Virus record (IMG/VR): IMGVR_UViG_3300020049_001894
DNA length: 64,000 bases
Source: an uncultured virus (IMG/VR IMGVR_UViG_3300020049_001894)
Lineage: Duplodnaviria; Heunggongvirae; Uroviricota; Caudoviricetes
Strand: one strand, 5' to 3'
The notes under the pieces were generated by a model that ran no database searches, was not told the DNA's origin, and saw only the letters and a list, made by a program, of their open reading frames with translations. Position numbers and translations under genes: made by a program. The first letter of the stretch is position 1, and every line of letters begins with the position of its first letter. Shown piece after piece: positions 28,309 to 37,723 of the stretch.

Positions 28309-28629
28309 TTAAATTCCGGCTTGCAGCACGATGACAGCAGAGCTGCCCGCGCCTGCGGTCTGATTAATTCGTACCCCCGTGACCGGCCATGTAATTGCAC
28401 AGTCCTTTGTAGTGGTTTGCCCAGCAGCTAGCGTTGGGTGATTGAACCAGGTTGCGCCGACTTGCGTAAACGCTGGGTCAAAGATGTCATTTAGCGTGTA
28501 CTCGACGTTGTAAGTGCAAGCGCCGGTCACTTTGACTGCGACTGTCAAGTTAACAGGAGTTACGTTGTTGTTGATTGCGGCCACGCTTGAGGTCGAAACC
28601 CCAGAAGTGGACAGGCTCATAGATTTCAT
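28309..28629 (-). CDS. Small beta-sandwich virion protein
   Basis: YNVEYT.ND, WFNHP, PVTGVRI, VLQAG. Confidence 0.6.
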   Translation of the reverse strand: MKSMSLSTSGVSTSSVAAINNNVTPVNLTVAVKVTGACTYNVEYTLNDIFDPAFTQVGATWFNHPTLAAGQTTTKDCAITWPVTGVRINQTAGAGSSAVIVLQAGI

Positions 28630-31466
28630 GGCTGGGTTCCTTTCACGATTGATTCAACTCCGATATTGTTGCCGAATTCGTCTTTGATGTATCGCGCAAC
28701 GCGCGGAGCGGTGGAGGCTAACTGCAAATCAGCCAACGATTTGAGCATCTGATCCATCATCACGGTCGTGCCTGCTTGAGCCTGTTCAATTATAGGCGCG
28801 ATCAACGCCAACGGGTCCGGTGTTTCGGCCACAGGCATGGCGACTGCGTCGGGTGCGGTCGCTGCAGTTCTGGACAAAACAGACTGCATTAGCGCAAAAC
28901 GCATATCGTTCTCTGCCTTCAACTGATCCCGCTGCAACTGCGAGGCCGCTGCCTCTGCGTCCCGTGCGGCTTGCTGAGTGGCGTTGAACTGAGCAAGCAT
29001 TTTCTGAGTCTCAATTGCTTGATTCTCAATGCTCGTAGCCATGACAGTAGCGCGATCGTTGCTTTCCTGCTTGTATTGCTCAAGCCAGTGCTTGAATTGC
29101 AACTCTTGGGAGTCTTTGGCTTGTTGGGCTGCGCGGTCCTTGTCGGCCTCAGCAGCTTGGAACTGCAGTTCTTGCATCTTGAACTGCAACGCCTGAGCCT
29201 CGGACTTGGCTTTTGCCTCAGCTTGCATCGCGGCCAGCTCTTTTTGGCTTGCGAGTTGGGCCTGAACCGCTGGGTCCACAGGGGGCTTAGGTGCAAATTG
29301 CTGCGCGAGCTTTTGAGCCTGCTCCATTTGCGGCATGATGACAGGCGCGAGCAATTGGGCCATGATCTGGTCAGCAAACGCTGCGCCCTTTGCCTCTGCC
29401 ATTTCACGCGGCATAGGGCCGCCCACAGCGGGAGCCACAGCCTCCAAGGCATCCGCAGCACCTTTAGTGTGCTTTTTGTAGAACGCCATCAAGTGGTCCT
29501 TGATGTGGGGCATCATCGCGGGGTACGCTTGCGATCCAATCATTGGGTTAGCCCCGTACATTGGGCTAGTCAGAAAGTGCAAATGCGTTTCCAAGTGCGC
29601 AACGTCATCCTGCTCGCCGTAGACCTTGAGCGGGGCTGGGTCTGGCGAGCACACCATGTAGTTCTCGTCTAGTGCCCCTAAACGGGTCGGATCTTTGGGC
29701 AGCTTTGCCAGGTCCTCAGGCGACGCTATTTGCAGCAGCCGAAGTGAGCGTTGCAGCAGCCTATCCGCTTTGAAGTACGGCGCAAAGGCCGGGTTAGCTG
29801 CGAGTTGCATAACAGCCTGCAACTGCGCGTAGCGCTGGGCTTCGCTGAAGACGTTGGGGTCACTGACAGGGATGATGTCTAGAGGACCCTGAAAGTCCTC
29901 GCGACTCACAACTAGTGAACCCAGCTCCTCCACGGTCGCCTCGTCCGTCATGTTTTCTGCGTCCAAGCGGTGCAGAATCTCCAGCTCTTTCTTAAGCGAG
30001 GCATGACAGCGGGCGTGGATGGCGGAGAAATTGACCGAGCCATGCTCTATCAATGCGAGCGCCGTGCCGACCGGCATATTTGCCGAACTTTGGCTGATCG
30101 CCTCACTCGCGGTGCTGATGACGCCTTCCGCTTGTTGTGTCAGCCACTCGAGCAGGTTGAAGAGCACTGGGGACGGTCCCGCAAACGGGAACGGCATCAC
30201 CATCTTACGGATGTCGTCCACACCTGCGGGCGCGTCAATCTCGGCCAGCTCTGTGGCATTGACCTGAATAGACTGGCCAGCGGTGCGACCCCCTTTGAGC
30301 TTCAAGCCACCGGGGAAGTTCTGGATCATTGCGCTGTCTAGCAACGCCCGTAACGCACCGGTGCCACCAGCAGACAGCGATCCAATTAGGTGAAACAACC
30401 CCACCCCAGGACCGCCTCGCCATGGGATGAAGATGTATTCCACCATCCAATGCTTCTTGCGCATTGACTCATCGTCCTGCGCCCAGTTTCTATACAACCC
30501 AAGAACCTTCTGGGTGTCGTTTTCGATGTGCAGAATGTACGGGGCTGTCTTGCCTTGTGTGATGGGGTCGTCGTCAATCGCCAGGTCTGCATACGACATG
30601 TAGACTTCACGCAGGCCCTCATCGTTGTAGGCTGCGTCGTCTTCCTCAACGCCCTCAATCTTGTCGGTTGCGGTCTGAGATGCAGACTGGTCGCTCCAGC
30701 CCTGCGACACGTTGGGCAGGTGTAAGTCCCGGTAAAGCCCGCTTGCAATACGCGAGTCGTACTCGTCACGCGCAACCCACTGGCGATGCGTCACGCGGTA
30801 CGCGGTGTAAAAGTCCGAGCACCCGTAGGGGGTGAACACGTCATCAGTGAACACCGTCTCGGTGCGTGGGCGACCCATTGCGGCATCCCACCACCAGCGT
30901 TTGTATTGCGAGCCGCCCAATGGGAGTTGGCTCAGCAAACGCTCAAACTCGGCCCGTTGCTCACCAATTTCAGTGGTCAACTGCCAATTCATGTAAGTCT
31001 TTTTGCGCTCCGCCTTGTCTAGCTTTGCGTCATCCGCCTCGCCCACAATTTGTGTCTTGCATGGGCCTGCGGAGGGGAACAATTCCTTGATCGCCCGGCT
31101 CGCAAAGTCCACACAGCCCTTGGCCAGCATAGGGTGAACGGCGGTACTAGCGCCGTCGAACGCTGCACCTCCAGGGGCGTCAGCACCCAAGCCCGTACGA
31201 CGGATACCGTCAGCTTGTTGTTTGTCGCGAGGCTCGCGGGAGCGGCGGTCCGAGTCGATGAGGTCAGCTTGCTCGGAGCCCAGCGAGTCTAAGAACCCCT
31301 GTGGTAAGGACTCGGCCAGATTCTCTCCGAAGTCCGGGTCCTCTGGGTCCAAATCGTCCTCGTCATCCCCTGTGAGGCTCACAACTGCAGAACCGTCGTC
31401 TTGCTCTTCGACCTCGAACTCCTCGGGCGCTTCGACTAGTTCGACAGGTTGTAGTGGTTCATCCAT
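28626..31466 (-). CDS. Portal protein (long podovirus type with C-terminal coiled coil)
   Basis: ENLAE, HPML...F..RA..ELFP..GP.KT, YMNWQL, PVSDPN motifs; downstream of terminase. Confidence 0.85.
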   Translation of the reverse strand: MDEPLQPVELVEAPEEFEVEEQDDGSAVVSLTGDDEDDLDPEDPDFGENLAESLPQGFLDSLGSEQADLIDSDRRSREPRDKQQADGIRRTGLGADAPGGAAFDGASTAVHPMLAKGCVDFASRAIKELFPSAGPCKTQIVGEADDAKLDKAERKKTYMNWQLTTEIGEQRAEFERLLSQLPLGGSQYKRWWWDAAMGRPRTETVFTDDVFTPYGCSDFYTAYRVTHRQWVARDEYDSRIASGLYRDLHLPNVSQGWSDQSASQTATDKIEGVEEDDAAYNDEGLREVYMSYADLAIDDDPITQGKTAPYILHIENDTQKVLGLYRNWAQDDESMRKKHWMVEYIFIPWRGGPGVGLFHLIGSLSAGGTGALRALLDSAMIQNFPGGLKLKGGRTAGQSIQVNATELAEIDAPAGVDDIRKMVMPFPFAGPSPVLFNLLEWLTQQAEGVISTASEAISQSSANMPVGTALALIEHGSVNFSAIHARCHASLKKELEILHRLDAENMTDEATVEELGSLVVSREDFQGPLDIIPVSDPNVFSEAQRYAQLQAVMQLAANPAFAPYFKADRLLQRSLRLLQIASPEDLAKLPKDPTRLGALDENYMVCSPDPAPLKVYGEQDDVAHLETHLHFLTSPMYGANPMIGSQAYPAMMPHIKDHLMAFYKKHTKGAADALEAVAPAVGGPMPREMAEAKGAAFADQIMAQLLAPVIMPQMEQAQKLAQQFAPKPPVDPAVQAQLASQKELAAMQAEAKAKSEAQALQFKMQELQFQAAEADKDRAAQQAKDSQELQFKHWLEQYKQESNDRATVMATSIENQAIETQKMLAQFNATQQAARDAEAAASQLQRDQLKAENDMRFALMQSVLSRTAATAPDAVAMPVAETPDPLALIAPIIEQAQAGTTVMMDQMLKSLADLQLASTAPRVARYIKDEFGNNIGVESIVKGTQP

Positions 31467-31503
31467 GGCGATAGGCCTTTGTGTGCTTTGGGGATTGGGC
31501 GAA

Positions 31504-34500
31504 TTATAAGCGTGAATACTTTGCAAGGGCGCTTAATGCCCCGGTAGCGGAGGGACGCTTGCGTTTTGCCAGGTTGACCACAATGCCTGCGACACTGGGG
31601 TCCAGGCCAGACAGGTCAGTGAGCTTGCCAGTGGCGTATTGGGTGGCCAGTGCGTCTATGCTCAGGGGCTTGCCGCGTAGAGCGGACTGGGTGACGGAAC
31701 TAGCAACCTTGCCCGCAAATTTATTGCCAGTGAGCCCCGTCGTCTTGCCCCCAATGTAATTGCCCGCCGAAGCCACAATCCCATTCACCGCACCGTCAAT
31801 AAACCCTCGCCCTAATGGTTTACCCGACGCAACCGCTTGCGCTCCGCCCGTTGCCGCGCTGCCAACGGTTGTCCCAAGCGCTTTGAGCAACTCAGGACTA
31901 AGACCGGAGCCGGAAAACGCCGAGGTCGCCGCAGTGTTAGCCATTGATCCGATGGGCGACAGTAGCGCGGAGGTTGCGCCCCCTCTAAGCGCATCGCCAA
32001 TGTTCTGCCCACGCAGTAGCCCCATTCCAGTATTGAGCGCGCCGGTATTTAACGCCGTTGCCGCCATGCCAGGGGCCATCCCCATCGTTCCAGCCAGTCC
32101 GGATGCAGTACCACTAGCCCCCGCAGCTCCACCGAAAGCGCCGCCAAGCATTCCAGCGCCCACACCCATTGCAGCCATTGCCGCAAACGGTCGGGCTTGT
32201 CTCACAAATTCCTGAAATCCGTTACCCAACTGGCTCTCAGGATGCGGCTTCACGTTGTCCCACGCGTCAAAGTACGGATGCGCGTCGCTGTACTTACCGC
32301 CCCCGAAATCCGGCATCTGGTAGGTGCCATCAGGATTCGGGCCATCAAAAAAGCCACGGACCAGGTCGCCCTTTGCACCCGGGGCCAAATACTTATCGTA
32401 GTACTCAGCAACATCCTGCCCAGCAACCTCAGACGCAGCATTCCCGCCCTTGTCATCCGCTACAAACGTAGTTCCGTATTTTTTCAGGAAGTCATCGCGG
32501 GACATTCGATTTCCAGCAGTGTGCTGGGCTTGCGACACGGATCGCCACAATTTATCACGTGCCGTTTCAGGGTCATAGGGCGTAAAGTTGTCTCCGCCAC
32601 CATAACTTGGTTCCGGTGCTAGTGCTTCCGGTGTTAGTGCGGCGTCAATACGCTCACGGGTCAGTCCGGTGTCACGCATCGCGTTAAAGGCCTGCTCACC
32701 GAAGTTGGCATCACCCTTGTGCTGCGCGTAGTACTCACGGATCTGCTGGTCAGTTGGGCCTACTGCACCTCCTTCGGCAAAGTTAGGCTTGTTGCCCGAG
32801 CGCTCTTGCCATTGCCTCATCAGGTTCAGCAACTCGTCTTCAGCATAGTAGCCTTCTGGTATTCCAACCTCGTCAAACGGAACTCCCATTGGGGTGCGTC
32901 CTGTCAGTCCGCGAGGCACATGCTGCTTGCCCCGAGTGTAAGGCACCAGCCCCGTGTTCTGCAGGTCACCCACATCAGACCACTTGCCCGACTTGACAAA
33001 GTCCTGGACAAACGGCAGGTACTCGTCGTTGGGCTTTTTGTTGCCCTTGCCTTTGATTTGGGTAATACTAGGGGTGAGCAGGTCGGGCTCTTCTTCAAAT
33101 GCTTCAGCATACGCAGGGTCATCGCGCATCTTGTTGTACTCAGACGGCCTTTCATGAATCTGCACATGCGCCTTGCCGTTCTTATCTACAAGCACGTGCA
33201 GCCGTCCCCCTTCGCCTCCGCCATAGTGCTTGGCGGTTGACTCGCCTTGCGTACACCATCCGCCTTCACAACCAACATCCATCGCGTACTTCAGAGCTTT
33301 CTTGTCAGCTTCTGTGTCTGGAATGGACAGCCACTTGAATCCCTCTTTGTATTCTTTGTGCACGGGAATGCCTTCAGCTGCCGCAGCTTTAGCTAATATC
33401 GCTTGTTGCTCGCGCCATGCGTTGATCTTTGCTACATGCTCCACAGCCTGCGGCACAGACACGCGGTCCAGCGATTCGGGCGTGAGGAGCAGCTCACGCG
33501 GAAGGCCGGACGCGGGGTTGGTGGCGTTACGGAGCTCGTCTATGAGGTGGTCGAAGCCTAAGTCCTGTGGCATCATACGCTCACGAACAGCTATAACCTC
33601 AGTGCCTTCAGGCTTTGTGGCCAGCCACGGATTGCGTTCAGCCGCGTTGCTTATGGCTGCGGTGTCTGGGAACCAGCCGTCACCTTTCAGCAACTCCCCG
33701 GCTTTCATCTTTGCAATCTGCATGTCAGAGGAGCCCTCCCAAGCCTTGGCTGCGTCCGACTTTGCCACAGCTGTTTGGCCTTCTTCAAGATACTTACCGT
33801 GCATAGGAATTTGGAAGTTCAACTGCTCGGGGTTCACATGCAACGTCCCCCTCTCAGCCAGCGCACGTATCGGATCGCGCTCGGTGGCCATGTCGTTCTT
33901 GACGTAGCGGGTGAGTTGTTTGTCGATGAAGGCGTTGAGTGCGGTGTCTTTCGGGTCGACGGGGACAGCTTGAATGAATGCGCGCGCATCTTCCACAGAC
34001 AGCTCTGGTCGAACGGCGCGTATCGCGCGCACAGCTTCATTCTCGTGTTCGCCACGCTTCAACCCCTTCAGCGCATCCTCCACCGACCCGGTAAGCCAAT
34101 TACCGCCAGGAGCCTTGATGACACCAGCTTGCGCGCTTAGTTGACGTGGCATTGCTGCGTTCCGAGCCATCTGGGTTAGTGCACCGGGAGCGGCTTTTGC
34201 GGCATTGCGCACGACCTGACGGGCGGTACCTACACCCACGCCCCCCAGCATAGACCCTACGGTTGCCACATTCTCATCCCCAGTTTGCTTGCCCGGGAGC
34301 CACTCCTTGAGGAAGTCTGTGGTGGGGAGCGCTGCATGCTTGTCCACCCCAGCGCCCAGTGCGTTTAGCCCTGCGCGCCCCAAGCCCTCAAGGTCTCCAG
34401 GCATGCCGATGGTGCCCGCGAGCCACCCGCGTGCGAGTGCTTGCATTGCGGAGCCGGTAAGGGGATTGTCGCGTGCGGATTGGTTGATGGCGCCCGTTTT

Positions 34501-34533
34501 GTGCTCCATCTCGGGGTGTTTTGAGGTCGCCAT
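31504..34533 (-). CDS. Large multidomain (polyvalent-like) protein with a PcfJ-like segment
   Basis: GWCT...LHVLVDKNGKAHVQI...ITQIKGKGN..P; Gly/Ala-rich hydrophobic C-terminus. Confidence 0.55.
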   Translation of the reverse strand: MATSKHPEMEHKTGAINQSARDNPLTGSAMQALARGWLAGTIGMPGDLEGLGRAGLNALGAGVDKHAALPTTDFLKEWLPGKQTGDENVATVGSMLGGVGVGTARQVVRNAAKAAPGALTQMARNAAMPRQLSAQAGVIKAPGGNWLTGSVEDALKGLKRGEHENEAVRAIRAVRPELSVEDARAFIQAVPVDPKDTALNAFIDKQLTRYVKNDMATERDPIRALAERGTLHVNPEQLNFQIPMHGKYLEEGQTAVAKSDAAKAWEGSSDMQIAKMKAGELLKGDGWFPDTAAISNAAERNPWLATKPEGTEVIAVRERMMPQDLGFDHLIDELRNATNPASGLPRELLLTPESLDRVSVPQAVEHVAKINAWREQQAILAKAAAAEGIPVHKEYKEGFKWLSIPDTEADKKALKYAMDVGCEGGWCTQGESTAKHYGGGEGGRLHVLVDKNGKAHVQIHERPSEYNKMRDDPAYAEAFEEEPDLLTPSITQIKGKGNKKPNDEYLPFVQDFVKSGKWSDVGDLQNTGLVPYTRGKQHVPRGLTGRTPMGVPFDEVGIPEGYYAEDELLNLMRQWQERSGNKPNFAEGGAVGPTDQQIREYYAQHKGDANFGEQAFNAMRDTGLTRERIDAALTPEALAPEPSYGGGDNFTPYDPETARDKLWRSVSQAQHTAGNRMSRDDFLKKYGTTFVADDKGGNAASEVAGQDVAEYYDKYLAPGAKGDLVRGFFDGPNPDGTYQMPDFGGGKYSDAHPYFDAWDNVKPHPESQLGNGFQEFVRQARPFAAMAAMGVGAGMLGGAFGGAAGASGTASGLAGTMGMAPGMAATALNTGALNTGMGLLRGQNIGDALRGGATSALLSPIGSMANTAATSAFSGSGLSPELLKALGTTVGSAATGGAQAVASGKPLGRGFIDGAVNGIVASAGNYIGGKTTGLTGNKFAGKVASSVTQSALRGKPLSIDALATQYATGKLTDLSGLDPSVAGIVVNLAKRKRPSATGALSALAKYSRL

Positions 34534-34578
34534 ACCGATGTTTCCTCGTCAAAATATTGACGCAATTATAGGTCTGAA

Positions 34579-36144
34579 TCATCCGTAGGGGTTGATTCTC
34601 TGCTTCTTCCTGGCGTCGTAGTCTATCTCGTCTGGCTCATCACGAGGTGCAACTTCAACCTCAAGTTGTTGAGTGTCCTTAAGATAAATCATCATCTGGG
34701 TGAATGTGTCAACATAGTCGTCATGTGCTCCCATTGGGAACCGCTCACACTGAGCCAGGAATGGCTGAGCCCATGTGCGGGGCTTGCCCGGGTTTTTGTT
34801 TGATTCAAGTATCCACACGCATCCGCTCTCAAGCAGCGGAGCTACCATATGCGCTCTTGCTAGCTTGTCGGCGCGACCGGGGTTGTAAGACACTACAGGT
34901 ATGTTTGACTGACGCATATCTTGAATGAGTGACTGACCTGAGCCTTTGTTTTCGATCAACATAATGTCGGGCCTGCGACTTGGCTTCATCACGTTGTCCT
35001 TTTCCCCTCCGTAGCGGGCTCCCCAGTCCGCAATCACTCGCTCCTTCAACTTAGGATAACCCAGCTGCTCCTGCCAGCAGTCTAGCAGCAGAACATGTCT
35101 ACGCTTTTCATACTCAAAGATACCCCAGCACGTGAACGCGGTCGGGTCGCCGGTCGTCTTTTCTGTGAAAGCTGTGTCAAGTGATTGCCCCACCCAGAAT
35201 AGATCCGGCAAGGACTTTGACGCAGGCCACAGTCTGAAACAGTCTGTCTTCAGTATTCCTCCACCTGCCGGCGTGGGTGTCTGCTGGAATTGGCCGCTGA
35301 CGCCGTAGGCCCCTAGCAACACCTTAAGCTGTTCAACGGATGAACTAGGAAACAACTCAGGCCATAACAACTCACCCTCGTAGGTTCTAGGATCAGACCA
35401 GCCGATTGATGTCTTCCTGTCTGTCTTTTCGTATTCCATAGGGATGCACAGATAGTCGTACCCCTTAATGTCGGCCAGTATGTGTCCTGTCAAGTCTCGT
35501 TCATGAAAGCGCTGAGCCACCACTATGGTCTTAGCCCCACGAGACTGACCCCGTGTTGACAGCGTGCGGTCGAACCACGTGAGGGCTGCTTCCCGTTCAA
35601 GGTCAGACTCCGCCTGCTTTGCGTTGTGGGGGTCATCAACAATCTTCCTGTCAGGGTGCTCACCCGTAGCCCGACCGCCGACTGACGTAGCCATGCGCCA
35701 TCCGCCTGCAGTCAAGGAGTACTTGGTCTTCTGATCCTCTCCGGGCTTTATCTGCACGTGCGGCCAGTAGTTCTGATACCACTCAGACGTTATGATGTCA
35801 CGACACTTCTGTGAGTCTCGTATTGAAAGGTCAACACCGTAACTTGCACCCATGTAGCGCAGCTCAGGCCGACGTATCCACTCCCATGCAGGAAGGGCAA
35901 CAGACACCAAGATTGACTTCATGCAACCTGGAGGTATGGCTATCACCAGATTCTCGATCTCATCATTTGATAGCGCTTCAAGATGAGAGGCAATTGCGTG
36001 CAAGTGCCAGTTATCAACAAACTCCGTTCCTGGCTCAATCACTGACCACGCGTTCTTGATGAAGCAGATGAGTGACTTCTCACATTCGCGCTTGATCTTC
36101 TCTTTACGCACCAGATCAAGTAGGACCACCGGAGACATTGTCAT
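34579..36144 (-). CDS. terL: Terminase large subunit
   Basis: IPPGCMKS Walker A variant, IVDDPH Walker B, SLDTA nuclease, HDDYVD. Confidence 0.95.
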   Translation of the reverse strand: MTMSPVVLLDLVRKEKIKRECEKSLICFIKNAWSVIEPGTEFVDNWHLHAIASHLEALSNDEIENLVIAIPPGCMKSILVSVALPAWEWIRRPELRYMGASYGVDLSIRDSQKCRDIITSEWYQNYWPHVQIKPGEDQKTKYSLTAGGWRMATSVGGRATGEHPDRKIVDDPHNAKQAESDLEREAALTWFDRTLSTRGQSRGAKTIVVAQRFHERDLTGHILADIKGYDYLCIPMEYEKTDRKTSIGWSDPRTYEGELLWPELFPSSSVEQLKVLLGAYGVSGQFQQTPTPAGGGILKTDCFRLWPASKSLPDLFWVGQSLDTAFTEKTTGDPTAFTCWGIFEYEKRRHVLLLDCWQEQLGYPKLKERVIADWGARYGGEKDNVMKPSRRPDIMLIENKGSGQSLIQDMRQSNIPVVSYNPGRADKLARAHMVAPLLESGCVWILESNKNPGKPRTWAQPFLAQCERFPMGAHDDYVDTFTQMMIYLKDTQQLEVEVAPRDEPDEIDYDARKKQRINPYG

Positions 36145-36854
36145 AATGTAGCGCGGGCTTTGCGCTCAGCCCATCTCATTCTCTGAATCAAGCTCACTCT
36201 TTCCCGGTGCTCAGGAGAAGCCCACGCTGCTTTTGCAATGTCTGATTTTACTTTACGGGCTTCCGGTGTAGAGCACGCTGCTTTTGCTGCTTCAGACAGT
36301 CTCTGTCGTGCTTCAGGTGACGCGTATGCGGCAATCACGCCATCTGACATCTTTTTCCTCACCTCCGGTGGTTCAAGGGATAATCTAGCCGCTTCAGACA
36401 TCCTAGCAACGCGTTCGGGCGGCAGTATCTTACCCTTATTGATAGCGCTCAGCATTGCTCTGCGCTCCGGGGTCATGGAAGCTGACATCTTGGCTCGTGT
36501 TTCATCACTGGCAATATTCCCTTTGTGTGAATCGCTCATACGCTGTAAGTCTTCTTGCGTGTACACGTACCCTGATGTACCTTCACCCCCGTCTGTTTTG
36601 TTTATCAACGGGCCTAAGCCTAAGTTTTTACGACCATGATACGCAATCAAATCCATTTCCAGTTCGTGCGCGTACCATTCTTGCAATCCGGTTTGCACAA
36701 ACTCAACCGTGCGGCCATGCTTCTTAGCTACCCTGTTCCAATGAATTGATCTATCTACTCCTGTATCATAGGCTCTTTCGTCACGCCCTTTACCGACGTA
36801 AAAGATTTCGCCAGTGGTAGCTTTTCTGTGCAGATAGACGTAGAAGTCTGCCAT
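36141..36854 (-). CDS. GIY-YIG-like homing endonuclease with NUMOD3-like repeats
   Basis: FYVYLH..FYVGKG..RA, N.TDGGEG, ETRAKMS repeats. Confidence 0.8.
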   Translation of the reverse strand: MADFYVYLHRKATTGEIFYVGKGRDERAYDTGVDRSIHWNRVAKKHGRTVEFVQTGLQEWYAHELEMDLIAYHGRKNLGLGPLINKTDGGEGTSGYVYTQEDLQRMSDSHKGNIASDETRAKMSASMTPERRAMLSAINKGKILPPERVARMSEAARLSLEPPEVRKKMSDGVIAAYASPEARQRLSEAAKAACSTPEARKVKSDIAKAAWASPEHRERVSLIQRMRWAERKARATL

Positions 36855-36859
36855 TTCAA

Positions 36860-36955
36860 TCTCCATCAAAGATTCATCGTAAAGAACTGCGACATGTTTG
36901 GGTGATGAGATCCAAACGAACCTGGCCGGGTCCTGTCGCAGCTGGTTCAATTATA
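36860..36955 (-). ncRNA. c4-like antisense/leader RNA upstream of the endonuclease
   Basis: TATAAT, closing stem CTGCGACA/TGTCGCAG, two inner hairpins, loop ATCTCATCA complementary to TGATG(G)AGAT over the RBS. Confidence 0.55.
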
Positions 36956-36958
36956 ACC

Positions 36959-37507
36959 TCATTTGGCCGTTGTAGACCGCGTCAGCATCTCTTCCATTTT
37001 CAGCAATTCAGTGTCTGATAAGCCCTTGAAGTCCACAGCGGCAATGGCTATAGCCCCGCCGTCCTTACCCGTGTGCTCCTGCGTGACCTTGTCTCCGTAC
37101 ACACGGGGCTTCAACTTTGATGCAGCCCACTTGCGTGCGTCAACGCGCAATCTGTTCCTAGCAACCGCAGTCGCATCCAGGGCCAGCGTGACTTCCTCAC
37201 CGTTGTAGTTGGCCTTTACTTCCTGTTCATCACTGATGGAAACGATCTCATCGGCAAGTGCGTCGGCTCTTTCTTCACGACTCCGCGCGTACATCCCGGC
37301 ACGGTCTGAATCCTTATAGATCCAATCTGACAGAGTCTGATACGCAAGACCGCGTTCCTTGCAGAACCCGGCCATGTGCCCGCCTTGGCATATGTACGCG
37401 CAGAACTCACCCATTGAGCCCTCCGCCGTGTAAAACGGGTCGCGCTTCGGCTTGACGTCTTGCACAACAACGAGTGCTTTCTTAACCGGGGTCTTTTTTG
37501 TAGCCAT
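36959..37507 (-). CDS. terS: Terminase small subunit
   Basis: YARSRE..AD..ADEI..I.D, RLRVDARKW.ASKLKP..YGDK, HTGKDGG. Confidence 0.9.
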   Translation of the reverse strand: MATKKTPVKKALVVVQDVKPKRDPFYTAEGSMGEFCAYICQGGHMAGFCKERGLAYQTLSDWIYKDSDRAGMYARSREERADALADEIVSISDEQEVKANYNGEEVTLALDATAVARNRLRVDARKWAASKLKPRVYGDKVTQEHTGKDGGAIAIAAVDFKGLSDTELLKMEEMLTRSTTAK

Positions 37508-37723
37508 GGTGCGATTATACCTTTCATTATACACAGCCGTGTGTTACGGCGGAGTTACTCAAAACAGACTTCTTTTCAACCACTTTCTGATACCCAGCCT
37601 CAAACTCCGCCGATAAACCCCGCCGCCTTATAGAGAGATCATTTACCGCTGGGTAGCGTAAATGACCCTCTTTCAGCGCCCTATCAATACTCAGCCGCAA
37701 TATGTTCGCTGACTTGCGCTGAG

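Noticed and set aside
37540..37720. Inverted repeats between primase and terS as an origin or pac site
   Set aside because: GGCGGAGTT/AACTCCGCC and TCATTTAC/GTAAATGA are present, but nothing in the sequence assigns a function.
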